A stretch of DNA of 64,000 bases, from the NCBI GenBank assembly GCA_963733035.1, contig CAVTBU010000005.1, forward strand, positions 768,001 through 832,000, given 5' to 3'. This DNA is from Pirellulales bacterium (GTDB lineage Bacteria; Planctomycetota; Planctomycetia; Pirellulales; PALSA-1355). Positions 10,713 to 20,848 of this stretch are shown in pieces (the stretch's first letter is position 1; every line of letters begins with the position of its first letter). The notes below the pieces were generated by a model. That model was not told where the DNA came from and did not search any database. It worked only from the letters and a program-made list of their open reading frames with translations. The position numbers and the translations under genes were made by a program.

Positions 10713-12163
10713 ATGAGCAGGCCTGCGAAACCATCGACTTTGCCGCCCCGGCTGCTACTGGCGTTCATTCTGTCCATCGGCCTGTTTGCGGCCTGGTTTC
10801 TGGGCTGGATGCTGTTCGAGGCGACATTTCGGTCGTTCCTGCATTCGACCCAATTCAAACAGCTCGTCTTCACCGAGGAGGGCGAGCCGCTCATCAGTAC
10901 GCAGCCTGCGGGCAACCGCGAGCTACTCGCACCGATCTATCACACGCTCGACGGGAAACTCGTACCAGATCCCAGCGAGGTTGTGCTATTGGACGACTAT
11001 CCGCGAGAGGTCGTGGCGCAGCGGCGCGAACTCGAGAGTGCGAGTCCGAATGTCAATTGGGGAATGGGACTCCTCGGTTTCGCCGCGCTTTCTCCACGCG
11101 CACTTATTGGTACTTAATCCACGACTTCCAACCCGACGGCACTGCGTACTTCGTCGGCTACGACGCGCTGACGCGGAGGCAGATCGGATACTTCGGACGG
11201 CGGGGCTTTAGCTTGACGATTCCGCCCGAGGAAGATCGGATTCAGATACCATTTTCGCTGCTGCTGGGCGAGGGTTGGACCGGGCGCGGTGGCACGCGTG
11301 GCGAGATTCCCCGATATGAACCGAAACGCAACAACAACATTCTGATCATCTCCGGCGATGAACTGCTAAAGATCAATCTTTCGACGCAGACCATTGCACC
11401 GATTCCGATGCCGAGCAAGGTGATCACGATGGGCCAGTACACCCAGCATCTGCCGGTGATGGGTAGCGCGAAGTTCCAAGAGGTGGATCGCGTCGTGGTC
11501 CGCTTGCCGGATGAGTTGCAGTTTCTCGATTTTGGCGGTGAGCCACAGGGGCGGCTGCCGATACCGCCAGATCTGCGGGACAAGTCGCTGACGCTCCGGA
11601 GCGTGAACCCGGCGGAGTTCATTGTTGAGTCGACCTCGGGGCAGCGTTATGCGCCACACGAGCTTACCTGGATCAGTGCCGATGGAAAGGTGCTACGCAG
11701 CGCCAACGTCGACATTTACCAGCGACCGGTCGAAGGCGACGGCGATTCCTGGATGATCACGATGATCGTGCCGGTGCCGGGATTGATCGCTGCATTTACG
11801 CCCTTCGATGCGCTCAACAAGGTACGCAACGATGAGGCGCCAGACATGCAGACGGCCCTGCAGGAGCTCATTCGGAGGTTCGCCATCCCCTATGCGCTGC
11901 TGCTGGTTGTCAGTCTGGCACTGGCCATCTGGACCTATCGCCGGCATCGACGGTACGAGACGGATGGCGCGGCGGCCTGGGCCGTGTTCGTCCTGCTGCT
12001 GGGACCCTTGGGGCTGGTGGCCTACCTGGTACACCGCTGCTGGCCACCGAGCACCGCGTGCGAGCACTGCGGCTGCTCGGTGCCGAGGAATCGCGCGGCG
12101 TGTACGCAGTGTCGTGAGGAGTTTCCGGCGCCTGCGATGCGGGGCATTGAGGTGTTCGCCTGA
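10713..12163 (+). CDS. Membrane protein with large extracytoplasmic domain and C-terminal zinc ribbon; frameshift near 11100
   Basis: N-terminal TM, then the 11057..12163 frame gives C-terminal TMs and CEHC...CTQC. Confidence 0.65.
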
Positions 12164-12405
12164 GGTGCGGACGGCGGAACTGCTGTCAGATTGCCAATCG
12201 TTCCAAAGGCCGCTGTGCTTTGGCATTGCATTCGAGACAGCGGCCCCCCTACAATTCCCGCAAGCGGCCCATGCTGTCGGGCTGCTTTTCCCGCGCGCAG
12301 TTTCTCCCAGGACGGGTGACCGGACTCGCAATCTCGGGTCGCACGCGTCGGATGGGATCATCCGCACACAAACCCTGACATCCGCAAGCGATAAAGGACT
12401 TTCTC

Positions 12406-14957
12406 GTGGCCAGCCCCTTTTCCATATTTCGTAAGTATCAAAAGATCATGCTGGCCGTCGTGGGTGTGTTGGCGATGATCGCATTTGTGTTTCTGACACC
12501 GCTCGCCCAGTACGCCGGCGGAGGCGGTCGTGGAAACAACACAAATCCGGTCGTCGTCGAGACCCGTTATGGCGACCTTCGGCGCAAGACCTGGAAACGC
12601 TCCGATTTCAACGACTGATCGTCGACAAGTTCCTGCAACTCATCGTCGAACAGACGATCTCCAAGCAGTTTGGGCAATCGAATGTCGATTCCCGCTGGTT
12701 GGGGGGCATGCTCCAACAGCAGTACCTGATGTGGCGCGGCCAGGTGATGGGCCGATCGGTTGAGGGACCGGAGGCGGAGGCCGTGGAAACGATGGTGCTC
12801 GCCGAACGTGCCAAGCAAATGGGTCTGGTCATCACCGACCAAATGATCAACGATCTGATCAAGCAGGTCTCGGGCGACAACCTCACGCCGGCGGAAGTGC
12901 AAGCCGTCGTCCAAAACCTGCAACCCCAGCGGCCCGTCAGCGTGCCTAAGCTGTTCGACGCCTTGCGTACCGAGCTGCTGGCGTCGAAATATCGCGATCT
13001 GTTCGCACAAAGCCTGGCAGAGATACCACCGGCGCAGCGGTTCGAGTATTACTCGCGACTCAATCGGCGTGCAAAGGCCGAGGTCATGCAGTTGGCCGTC
13101 GCTGATTTCGTCGGACAGGTCGCCGACCCAAGCGAGAGCGAGCTCAAGACGTTTTACGAGAAGTACAAGGATCAACTGCCGGATCCGACGTCCCCCGAGC
13201 CGGGTTTCAAGGAGCCGAGGCGAGCATCGTTTCAGTACTTCAAGGGGAACGTCGATCAACTGACCGAGAAGCTGAAGGATCAGGTCACGGAAGAAGAAAT
13301 CAAAAAGTACTACGAAGATAACAAACGCAACTTCATTGTCACCAACTTCGACGACGTACCGGCAGACATGGAGAATGCGAACGAAGAGCCCAACGCAGCG
13401 AAAGAAGGCGAGGCGCCGTCCGAAAAACCAGCCGACGAAAAACCTGTGGGCGAGACGAAGTCGGCCGCCGAACCGGAGCCGAAGGAGGAGTCCGCCAAGC
13501 CCCAGGAGGAAGAATCGCCTGAGCCAAAGGCCGAAGACACGCCCGAGCTGTCTTCGGAAGACAAGCCCGCTGAAGAGCCCCCGTCGGAACCCGATAGCTC
13601 TGGCGATCAGAACAAAGACGAGCCAGCCGAATCACCTCAGGCCGCTGTACGCCAACCAAATGGCGTGTTCCGCGGCGCTGGCCAAAAGTTTCGATTCGTG
13701 AAAGCGGTACTCCAGGGTGACGATGCGCAGGGTGAAGACGCATCTGAAACCAACGACGAAGCGCCCATCGAACCAGAGCCGGCCGACAGTAAGCCAGCCG
13801 AAACGCCATCGGCCGAGGAAAAACCGGCCGACGCGGCAGAGTCCAAGCCGGCTGCCAACGAGACTCCCGCGGACCAACCGGCCGAAGAGAAGCCGGTCGA
13901 GGAAAAGCCCGCCGCCGATCATGGCGACGAGATCGTTGCCGAGCCGCCAGTGCCAGAGGGCCCGCAGTACGAACCGCTCGAAAAGGTGCAGGATACGATC
14001 CGCGAAACCCTGGCCCGCGAAAGGGCAGCCGAACAATTGAGCGAGCAGTTCGATGCTTTGTCGGCGAAGATGCGACGCTTCACGGACGACCATGACATCT
14101 ATATCACCGATAAACCGTTAAACCCCGACGCCGTCGCTCCCACTCCGCTCGATTTCGCGCAACTTGCTTCCGGGAAGGACGTGGAGGCCTTGGAGCTGAA
14201 GTCGGTCACGCCGCTGCAAGCGGCCAAGGAGGATATCGGCAAGTCGTTCCGAGTTGTGCAGGACCCCAACGGTGGCGCTCGAACCGTGGCGTTTGTCGAC
14301 TTTGCATTTGCCGACAGGCTACCGACGTACAAGCCCGAAATCGATCGGGACAATGAGAACAACTATTATCTTTTCTGGAAGACGCAAGAAGAGCCGTCTT
14401 ACGTGCCTCCGCTGGACCAGATTCACGACGAAGTCGTGCGCACCTGGAAGATGGTCAAGGCACGCGACTTGGCCCGAAAGCGAGCCGAGGAGTACGTGCA
14501 GCAAGCCAAGTCACAGAATCAGACGCTCGAGGAATTGTTCGGCAAACAGCCCGATTTTAAAGTCACCCAGACCTCGCCTTTCAGCTGGCTGACGCTCGGC
14601 AACGTGCCCGCGCAGCCGGGAAGTATTCCGCGGCTGAGCGAGGTAGAGGGCGTCGACCAGGCCGGTCCCGACTTTATGAAAACGGTCTTTGGCTTGCAGC
14701 CTGGCGGATTGGGTGTCGCGACGAACGTGCCACAAGACCTGGTCTACGTCGTGCGAGTTATCGACTACGAGCCGTCGGGCGAGCAACTGCGCGACGATTT
14801 TGCTCGCGAGAATCCCTCGCGCTACATGGCTGCCGCGCGCGAAGATCAGTTCCAGATCTACGAAAACTGGATCGCGGATCTCAACAAAGAGGCCGACGTG
14901 AAGTGGCTGCGTCAGGCGGATGCCCGCCGCCAGAGTGCCCAGGAAAGTGAGTTCTAA
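12406..14957 (+). CDS. PpiD/SurA-like membrane-anchored chaperone with long acidic insert; frameshift near 12583
   Basis: MASPFSIFRKYQK + TM resembles the PpiD/SurA_N start; AKQMGLVITD, YEPLEKVQDTI motifs; joining the two frames restores one gene. Confidence 0.65.
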
Positions 14958-15029
14958 CGCGTGCCAATGGCGCGACCGAATCGGCTCGATCGCGCCATGG
15001 AGCGTGGCTATTTTGGCGGCCGACTGCGA

Positions 15030-17246
15030 CTACCGCCGCGGCTTCAACATCACCGCTGCCAAGGGCGGCAGAATCACGGGCACGGAATATGGCCGACCGT
15101 CCCAGGGCAATTCCTCGGCCATCATGCCGGGGCCGTTGCCCAAATTGCTGCCGCCGTAGTAGGTCGAGTCACTGTTGAGGACTTCTTCGTACCAGCACAA
15201 TTCCGGCACTCCGATGCGGTGCATCGTTCGCGGCACGGGCGTGAAGTTGCAGGCCGTGACCAGGAAATTCTGCGGATCTTTCGCCCGCCGCAAATAAACC
15301 AGCGTGCTTTGTTCCCAGTTATGGCATTCGATCCACTCGAAGCCTTGGTTCTCGAAGTCGACTTCGTGCAGCGCGGGCTCGCGAACGTAAAGGTGGTTCA
15401 GGTCGGCGACAAACCGCTGTAGCCCCTGATGCGACTCCCATTGCAAGAGGTCCCACTGCAAGCTGGTATCGTAGTTCCACTCGTTCCACTGGCCGAACTC
15501 ACATCCCATGAAGAGGAGTTTCTTGCCCGGATGCGAGAACATGTAGCTGTAGAGGAGCCGCAGATTGGCAAACTTCTGCCACAGGTCGCCAGGCATTTGA
15601 TCGAGAAGCGAGCCCTTGCCGTGTACGACTTCGTCGTGCGAGAAGGGTAGCGCGAAGTTCTCGGTAAATGCGTAGATCAGGCTGAAGGTCAGTTCATCGT
15701 GGTGATACTTGCGGTGAATCGGCTCGTGCCGCATGTAGCGGAGCGTGTCGTTCATCCAGCCCATGTTCCACTTCAGGCTGAAGCCGAGTCCTCCCAGGTA
15801 GGTTGGCCGGGAAACGCCCGTCCAGGCGGTCGATTCTTCGGCAATCGTCAGCACGCCAGGATATTGCAAATGGGTCTGTTCGTTGAATTCCTTGAGAAGA
15901 CTGATTGCCTTGAGGTTTTCACGGCCGCCGTATTCGTTGGGAATCCATTGTCCGGGTCCGCGGCTATAGTCCAAATAGATCATCGAGGCGACGGCGTCGA
16001 CTCTTAATCCGTCGATGTGGTAGCGATCAAGCCAGAACAGGGCGTTTGATATGAGGAAGTTGCGCACCTCGTTGCGGCCGTAGTTGAAGATCAGCGTGCC
16101 CCAATCGGGATGCTCTCCCTGTCGCGGGTCGGCATGCTCGTACAAGTGCGAGCCATCGAACATCCGCAAGCCGTGTGCGTCGCGTGGGAAGTGGGCGGGC
16201 ACCCAGTCGATGATGACACCGATGCCATTCTGGTGGCAGTGGTCGACGAAGTACATGAAGTCTTCGGGACTGCCATAGCGGCTAGTTGCCGCGTAATAGC
16301 CGACGGTCTGGTAGCCCCAGCTCCCGGAGAAGGGGTGCTCGCTGACGGGCATCAATTCCAGATGCGTAAAGCCCATCTCTTTGCAGTAATTGACGAGCTG
16401 GTGCGCTAGTTCGCGATAGCCAAGCCAGCGGTTCGGATCGTCACCCGGCCGCTTCCAACTACCCAAATGCACCTCATAGACCGACATGGGTGCATCCAGG
16501 GCGTTGACGTGATGGCGATTGGCCAACCACTCGGTATCGGCCCACTGGTAGCTTTCCAGATCAGCCACCTTCGAGGCGGTGCGCGGAGGAACTTCAGCGG
16601 CAAAACCGTAGGGGTCGGCCTTTTCCAACACCTGATCGCGTTGTCGGATGTGGTACTTGTAAATGGTCCCGGCTTCCAGCCCCGGCAGGAAAAGCTCCCA
16701 GATGCCGCTAGGAATGTGCTTCCGCATCGGGTGGCGGCGGGGATCCCAATCGTTGAAGTCGCCAACCACACTGATGCCCGTGGCGTTGGGCGCCCAGACG
16801 GCGAAGTTTACGCCGCGGATCGAATCGATCGAGCGCAACTGCGCACCCAACTTCCGATAGCTCGTCCAATGTTTGCCCTCACCCAACAGGTGTAAGTCGA
16901 ATTCCGACAAGAGAGGTGGAAAGGCGTACGGATCGTGCATGGTTCGTTCGGTTCCCCGCTGATCGGCGACTCGTAGCTGATAACGATGATGCGTGTCAGG
17001 CTTGTGGAGCGGACAGATGGCCTCGTAGACGCCAGCCGGATGGATCCGGCGCATCGGCTGGTTCTGCCGATGGTCTGGATCAACCACCCAGGCCTGCGTC
17101 GATCCGGGCAAATAGGCTCGGACGGCCAGCGCCCGTCGCCCTGCCGCAACCACCTCGTGCGGGCCAAGCAACTCGAAGGGGTTCTCGTAGTGCCCGTCTA
17201 GCAGCGGGCCCAACTTGTCCAACTCCACCGTGGTGCGGGTCGTCAT
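15030..17246 (-). CDS. glgB: 1,4-alpha-glucan branching enzyme
   Basis: [49 protein letters not shown]. Confidence 0.97.
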   Translation of the reverse strand: MTTRTTVELDKLGPLLDGHYENPFELLGPHEVVAAGRRALAVRAYLPGSTQAWVVDPDHRQNQPMRRIHPAGVYEAICPLHKPDTHHRYQLRVADQRGTERTMHDPYAFPPLLSEFDLHLLGEGKHWTSYRKLGAQLRSIDSIRGVNFAVWAPNATGISVVGDFNDWDPRRHPMRKHIPSGIWELFLPGLEAGTIYKYHIRQRDQVLEKADPYGFAAEVPPRTASKVADLESYQWADTEWLANRHHVNALDAPMSVYEVHLGSWKRPGDDPNRWLGYRELAHQLVNYCKEMGFTHLELMPVSEHPFSGSWGYQTVGYYAATSRYGSPEDFMYFVDHCHQNGIGVIIDWVPAHFPRDAHGLRMFDGSHLYEHADPRQGEHPDWGTLIFNYGRNEVRNFLISNALFWLDRYHIDGLRVDAVASMIYLDYSRGPGQWIPNEYGGRENLKAISLLKEFNEQTHLQYPGVLTIAEESTAWTGVSRPTYLGGLGFSLKWNMGWMNDTLRYMRHEPIHRKYHHDELTFSLIYAFTENFALPFSHDEVVHGKGSLLDQMPGDLWQKFANLRLLYSYMFSHPGKKLLFMGCEFGQWNEWNYDTSLQWDLLQWESHQGLQRFVADLNHLYVREPALHEVDFENQGFEWIECHNWEQSTLVYLRRAKDPQNFLVTACNFTPVPRTMHRIGVPELCWYEEVLNSDSTYYGGSNLGNGPGMMAEELPWDGRPYSVPVILPPLAAVMLKPRR

Positions 17247-17351
17247 CTGTCTCTCGTTCCTACTGATTCTTGAGCACATGGAAGGGCAAGTCCAGCCGCA
17301 AAATCCGCCGGAATCTCCTACCCTACGCGAAACCCCTAAAGATGGCCGGAC

Positions 17352-17942
17352 TTATTGGAACCAGGCTAGGGGCAGACACCTGGCATTTCGCAGCGCGGGC
17401 CAAAACCCGCTCGCGCCGCGCTGCGTGTTCCACCAACTTCGCAGCGCCGCCAGCAGGCGCTCTGCAAAACCGCCCGAACGGCGGTCGCGACGGGACTTTG
17501 ATCGGACGCGGGCCACCTGTCCACGGGAATCCTCCTGCGGCGAGTGCGGCAAGTCGAATCGCCAAGTGCGGCATTCCAACTGGTGGAACCGAAGTGCTCG
17601 GTCCACGCGTTGCCAAAGATCTCGATTCTTGACCGGCACCATTTCGCCGTAATGTTCCCACTCCCAGTCGTTGGCCCGCCACTCTTGAAGCCCGAACGTC
17701 AAGCCCCGATTGACGTACTTGCTTGGCGTGACGAGCGTCACTCTCGACGGTTGCTCGAGCGCTTCGAGCCCGCGTACAACTGCCAACAGTTCGAGTCGGT
17801 CGCCCTGGACGTCTGGCTCGTCGTCCGCCGCTTCGAACTGCTCGGCACCGTCAACGGATTGCAAGACGAAGCGCCATTGTGCTTGCTCGTTCTTCCGGGA
17901 GGATTCGGAGAAGAGAAGATAGTGTGGCGTGGCAACTTTCAT
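17352..17942 (-). CDS. RNase HI-fold protein (catalytic residues degenerate)
   Basis: RLELLAVVRGLEAL, VTLVTPSKYVNRG, W..NDW, PVKNRDLWQRVD align with the RNase HI core. Confidence 0.8.
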   Translation of the reverse strand: MKVATPHYLLFSESSRKNEQAQWRFVLQSVDGAEQFEAADDEPDVQGDRLELLAVVRGLEALEQPSRVTLVTPSKYVNRGLTFGLQEWRANDWEWEHYGEMVPVKNRDLWQRVDRALRFHQLECRTWRFDLPHSPQEDSRGQVARVRSKSRRDRRSGGFAERLLAALRSWWNTQRGASGFWPALRNARCLPLAWFQ

Positions 17943-18233
17943 CGGGGAGGTCATCAGGATGGACGATTCGAGTGCCAATCGCTGCAATCGCGATCTCGAC
18001 CGCCGGGAAACAAGCCGCCGCTGCGGTCTGCCCCGTCCGGGTAGTTTCAGATATCGGCAGCCCCCGCGCACCCTCCGCAGTTTCCCTAATGCGTAGTCTC
18101 AAAAAACTCTGGTCCGCGGCGCTCTTGTAGCGGAAGTACCGATTCCGACTGCACACCGAGAAGCCGGGCCAGCCGGGAACACTTTCGCGACCGATTTGAA
18201 CCCCTCTGCTTCCCATCTAGGAGCGCATTGAGA

Positions 18234-18284
18234 AACGGCGGCGGCGGCGTGCATCTTGCTCACGATGCACGCGCCGTCGCCGTT
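18234..18284. terminator. Long GC-rich hairpin downstream of the peptidase C26 gene
   Basis: AACGGCGGCGGCGGCGTGCATC / GATGCACGCGCCGTCGCCGTT imperfect inverted repeat. Confidence 0.5.
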
Positions 18285-18313
18285 AAGAGCACATCGACTT
18301 TGGTCGTTGGTCG

Positions 18314-19057
18314 CTAGGCGACCAGTTTCATGGTGGGCACTTCGCCCGTAATGCCGACTAAGAACTCCTCAAAGATCCGCAGATCCAGAGCCGAGGCCGA
18401 ATTGCTCTCCGGATGGAACTGCGTGCCAAAGGCCACCCAATCAGTGGTGCTTTCGATTGCTTCGATGACGCCATCTGGGCAGCGAGCTGACACCATGAAA
18501 CCAGGGGCTACGTCGTCAACAGCCATATGGTGCAGGCTGTTAACGCGAATCTCGCCGTCGCCATAGACCCGCTCCATGAGCGTTCCAGGCACGACTTCGA
18601 GTCCGTGGCGGTGAGCCGGGTCGATCAGGTCCTTGTGAGGCAGAGCCTTGGGCAGGTCTTCGGGAATGTGCAGGAACAGCGTACCGCCCTGCGCAACGTT
18701 GATCAGTTGCATGCCGGTGCCGATGCCGAATACCGGCATCCGCCGCTCGGCCACCGCCTTCATCAAGCGGCGATCGAACTCTTCGCGACGGGCATCGAGC
18801 GGGCGAACGGCCGGATGCAGCATATAACCATCGCGGCGCGGATCAAGGTCGGCGCCGCCGACCAAGACGACACCGTCGAGCATGTCGAGCAACCGGCTGA
18901 GGTCGGTGTCGTCCTTAGCGGGGGGCAAGATGATGGGCAAACCGCCGGCTTCGACGACGGCATCGTAGTAGCCGGCACAAACGTACGTGAATGCCGGTGC
19001 GTCCTTCTTGGCGGCTCGGTAGTCGGCATTCAATCCAATTAGTGGCTTCGATCGCAT
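18314..19057 (-). CDS. Gamma-glutamyl-gamma-aminobutyrate hydrolase family (peptidase C26, class I glutamine amidotransferase-like)
   Basis: LVGGADLDP, GIGTGMQLINV, VNSLHHMAV, GTQFHPE; the usual nucleophile motif GICRG reads GIGTG. Confidence 0.88.
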   Translation of the reverse strand: MRSKPLIGLNADYRAAKKDAPAFTYVCAGYYDAVVEAGGLPIILPPAKDDTDLSRLLDMLDGVVLVGGADLDPRRDGYMLHPAVRPLDARREEFDRRLMKAVAERRMPVFGIGTGMQLINVAQGGTLFLHIPEDLPKALPHKDLIDPAHRHGLEVVPGTLMERVYGDGEIRVNSLHHMAVDDVAPGFMVSARCPDGVIEAIESTTDWVAFGTQFHPESNSASALDLRIFEEFLVGITGEVPTMKLVA

Positions 19058-19670
19058 ACTTGCACTCCTAGCGACATTTCCTTTGTCGCGTTTGCGAAAA
19101 CAGGGCAAAAAAGACGCTACGAGGCCGCTCCAGCACCTGATCGCCAGAAGCACGAAAGAAGTGGCAGCCCCGGGGACGTGCCGACGCGGAAAAAACGCGC
19201 GCCGTGCAAACCCTTTCAGCCCGTGAGCGCACTGGGACAGACAGCGCATCGTCCCTGATGCGATCGATTGGCCGTTGAAAACTGCCGACTGCCGTGCCCC
19301 TCTTTGACCAGGCGTCGGAGCATTTTCCGTAATGGTATTTTTCGGCCTCGAATACTCCTCTACGGCTTTGCCGTGTCTTTTTCCCGCTTGGGGAATGCAA
19401 GTCGAGAGGAATTTAAGCCCTGCAAGTTCAATTACAAGGGGATCGCACTATTTTGACCACGATGTATTTTGCTAGCACAAGATCCTGATTTGTGTGCCCG
19501 CAAATCCAGGGAAAAGCCAACAAGGCGGGATCAATTTCCAGAAAGCTCGATTGGTCGCCCTGCGATCCCTAACCCCTCGCTCTCGGTCGGTTACCGCGTC
19601 AGAAAAGCAAGTCCAATCCCATTTTACAACCGGTTGGCCTATTCCTACGACTGCGTTAATCTGGCGGGAT

Positions 19671-20771
19671 ATGAAATACTCCAATGTTTGCCTTGCCGGG
19701 CTCGCGTACTCGTTGCCGGAGGAAATAGTCACCTCATCGCAGCTGGAAGCCCAGCTAGAGCCCCTATATCGCCGCCTGCGGCTCCCGGAAGGGAGGCTCG
19801 AGCTGATGACCGGGATTCGCGAGCGGCGATTCTGGCCCCCCGGAATGCGGCCCAGCGAGCAAAGTATCGAGACGGCCAATCGCCTGTTGGACCAGACGGG
19901 CATCGACCGGAGCCAGGTCGGCGCGCTCATCCATGGCTCGGTTTGTCGAGATTTTCTCGAACCGGCCACCGCCTGCGGAGTTCATCATGCGACTGGATTG
20001 CCGGACGACTGCCTGGTTTACGATGTGTCGAACGCCTGCCTTGGAATCCTTAACGGGATCGTGCAACTGGCCAATCTCATCGAACTCGGACAAATTCGAG
20101 CCGGCCTCGTCGTTGGAACCGAGAATGCCCGCCCGTTGGTCGAAAATACCATTCGCACGCTCAATGCCGAGTCGACCCTCACGCGGGATCAAATGAAGCT
20201 CGCCGTGGCGTCGCTCACGATCGGCTCAGGCAGTGCCGCCGTGCTCCTCGTCCACAAGGACTTCCACCCCAAAGGCAATCGCCTAGTCGTTTCCACCGCT
20301 CGGGCGCATTCGGTCGGTCATGAACTGTGTCGCGGGCAAGAGCAGGCCACCAGCGCGTCTATCGGGGGCATGGTGGCACCGCTGATGCAGACCGACAGCG
20401 AGAAGCTGTTGGAACAGGGAGTCACGGCAGCGCGAGCGGCCTTTGCGGGCTTCCTGGCCGAAACCGGGTGGACGCGACAGACGATTTCCAAAACAATCTG
20501 CCACCAGGTTGGCAGCGCACACCGCAAGCTACTACTTCAAACGTTGGAGTTGGATCCGGCCGGCGACTTCACGACCTACGAAACGCTGGGCAACACGGGG
20601 TCGGTGGCCCTCCCGATTACGCTGGCCAAGGCCGCGGAAAGCGGCAACCTGCAAACCGGCGATCGCGTGGCACTGCTAGGCATCGGCTCGGGCATCAACG
20701 TGCTGATGCTCGCCGTCGATTGGCAAACGGATGTATTTGCCGCACCGCGCACCGAGAGCGTCGTGAGTTGA
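19671..20771 (+). CDS. oleA: OleA-like thiolase-fold condensing enzyme (3-oxoacyl-ACP synthase III family)
   Basis: LMTGIRERRFW, RDFLEPATA (catalytic Glu), DVSNACLG (Cys), SLTIGSG, CHQV (His), LGNTG, LLGIGSG. Confidence 0.85.
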   Translation: MKYSNVCLAGLAYSLPEEIVTSSQLEAQLEPLYRRLRLPEGRLELMTGIRERRFWPPGMRPSEQSIETANRLLDQTGIDRSQVGALIHGSVCRDFLEPATACGVHHATGLPDDCLVYDVSNACLGILNGIVQLANLIELGQIRAGLVVGTENARPLVENTIRTLNAESTLTRDQMKLAVASLTIGSGSAAVLLVHKDFHPKGNRLVVSTARAHSVGHELCRGQEQATSASIGGMVAPLMQTDSEKLLEQGVTAARAAFAGFLAETGWTRQTISKTICHQVGSAHRKLLLQTLELDPAGDFTTYETLGNTGSVALPITLAKAAESGNLQTGDRVALLGIGSGINVLMLAVDWQTDVFAAPRTESVVS

Positions 20772-20848
20772 TGCTCATGCAAGTCAGTGGCAGTCCATGA
20801 ACTCGCCACGTCACTTCGCAGGCTGAAGAAGACGTCGCTGTGCGGCGA

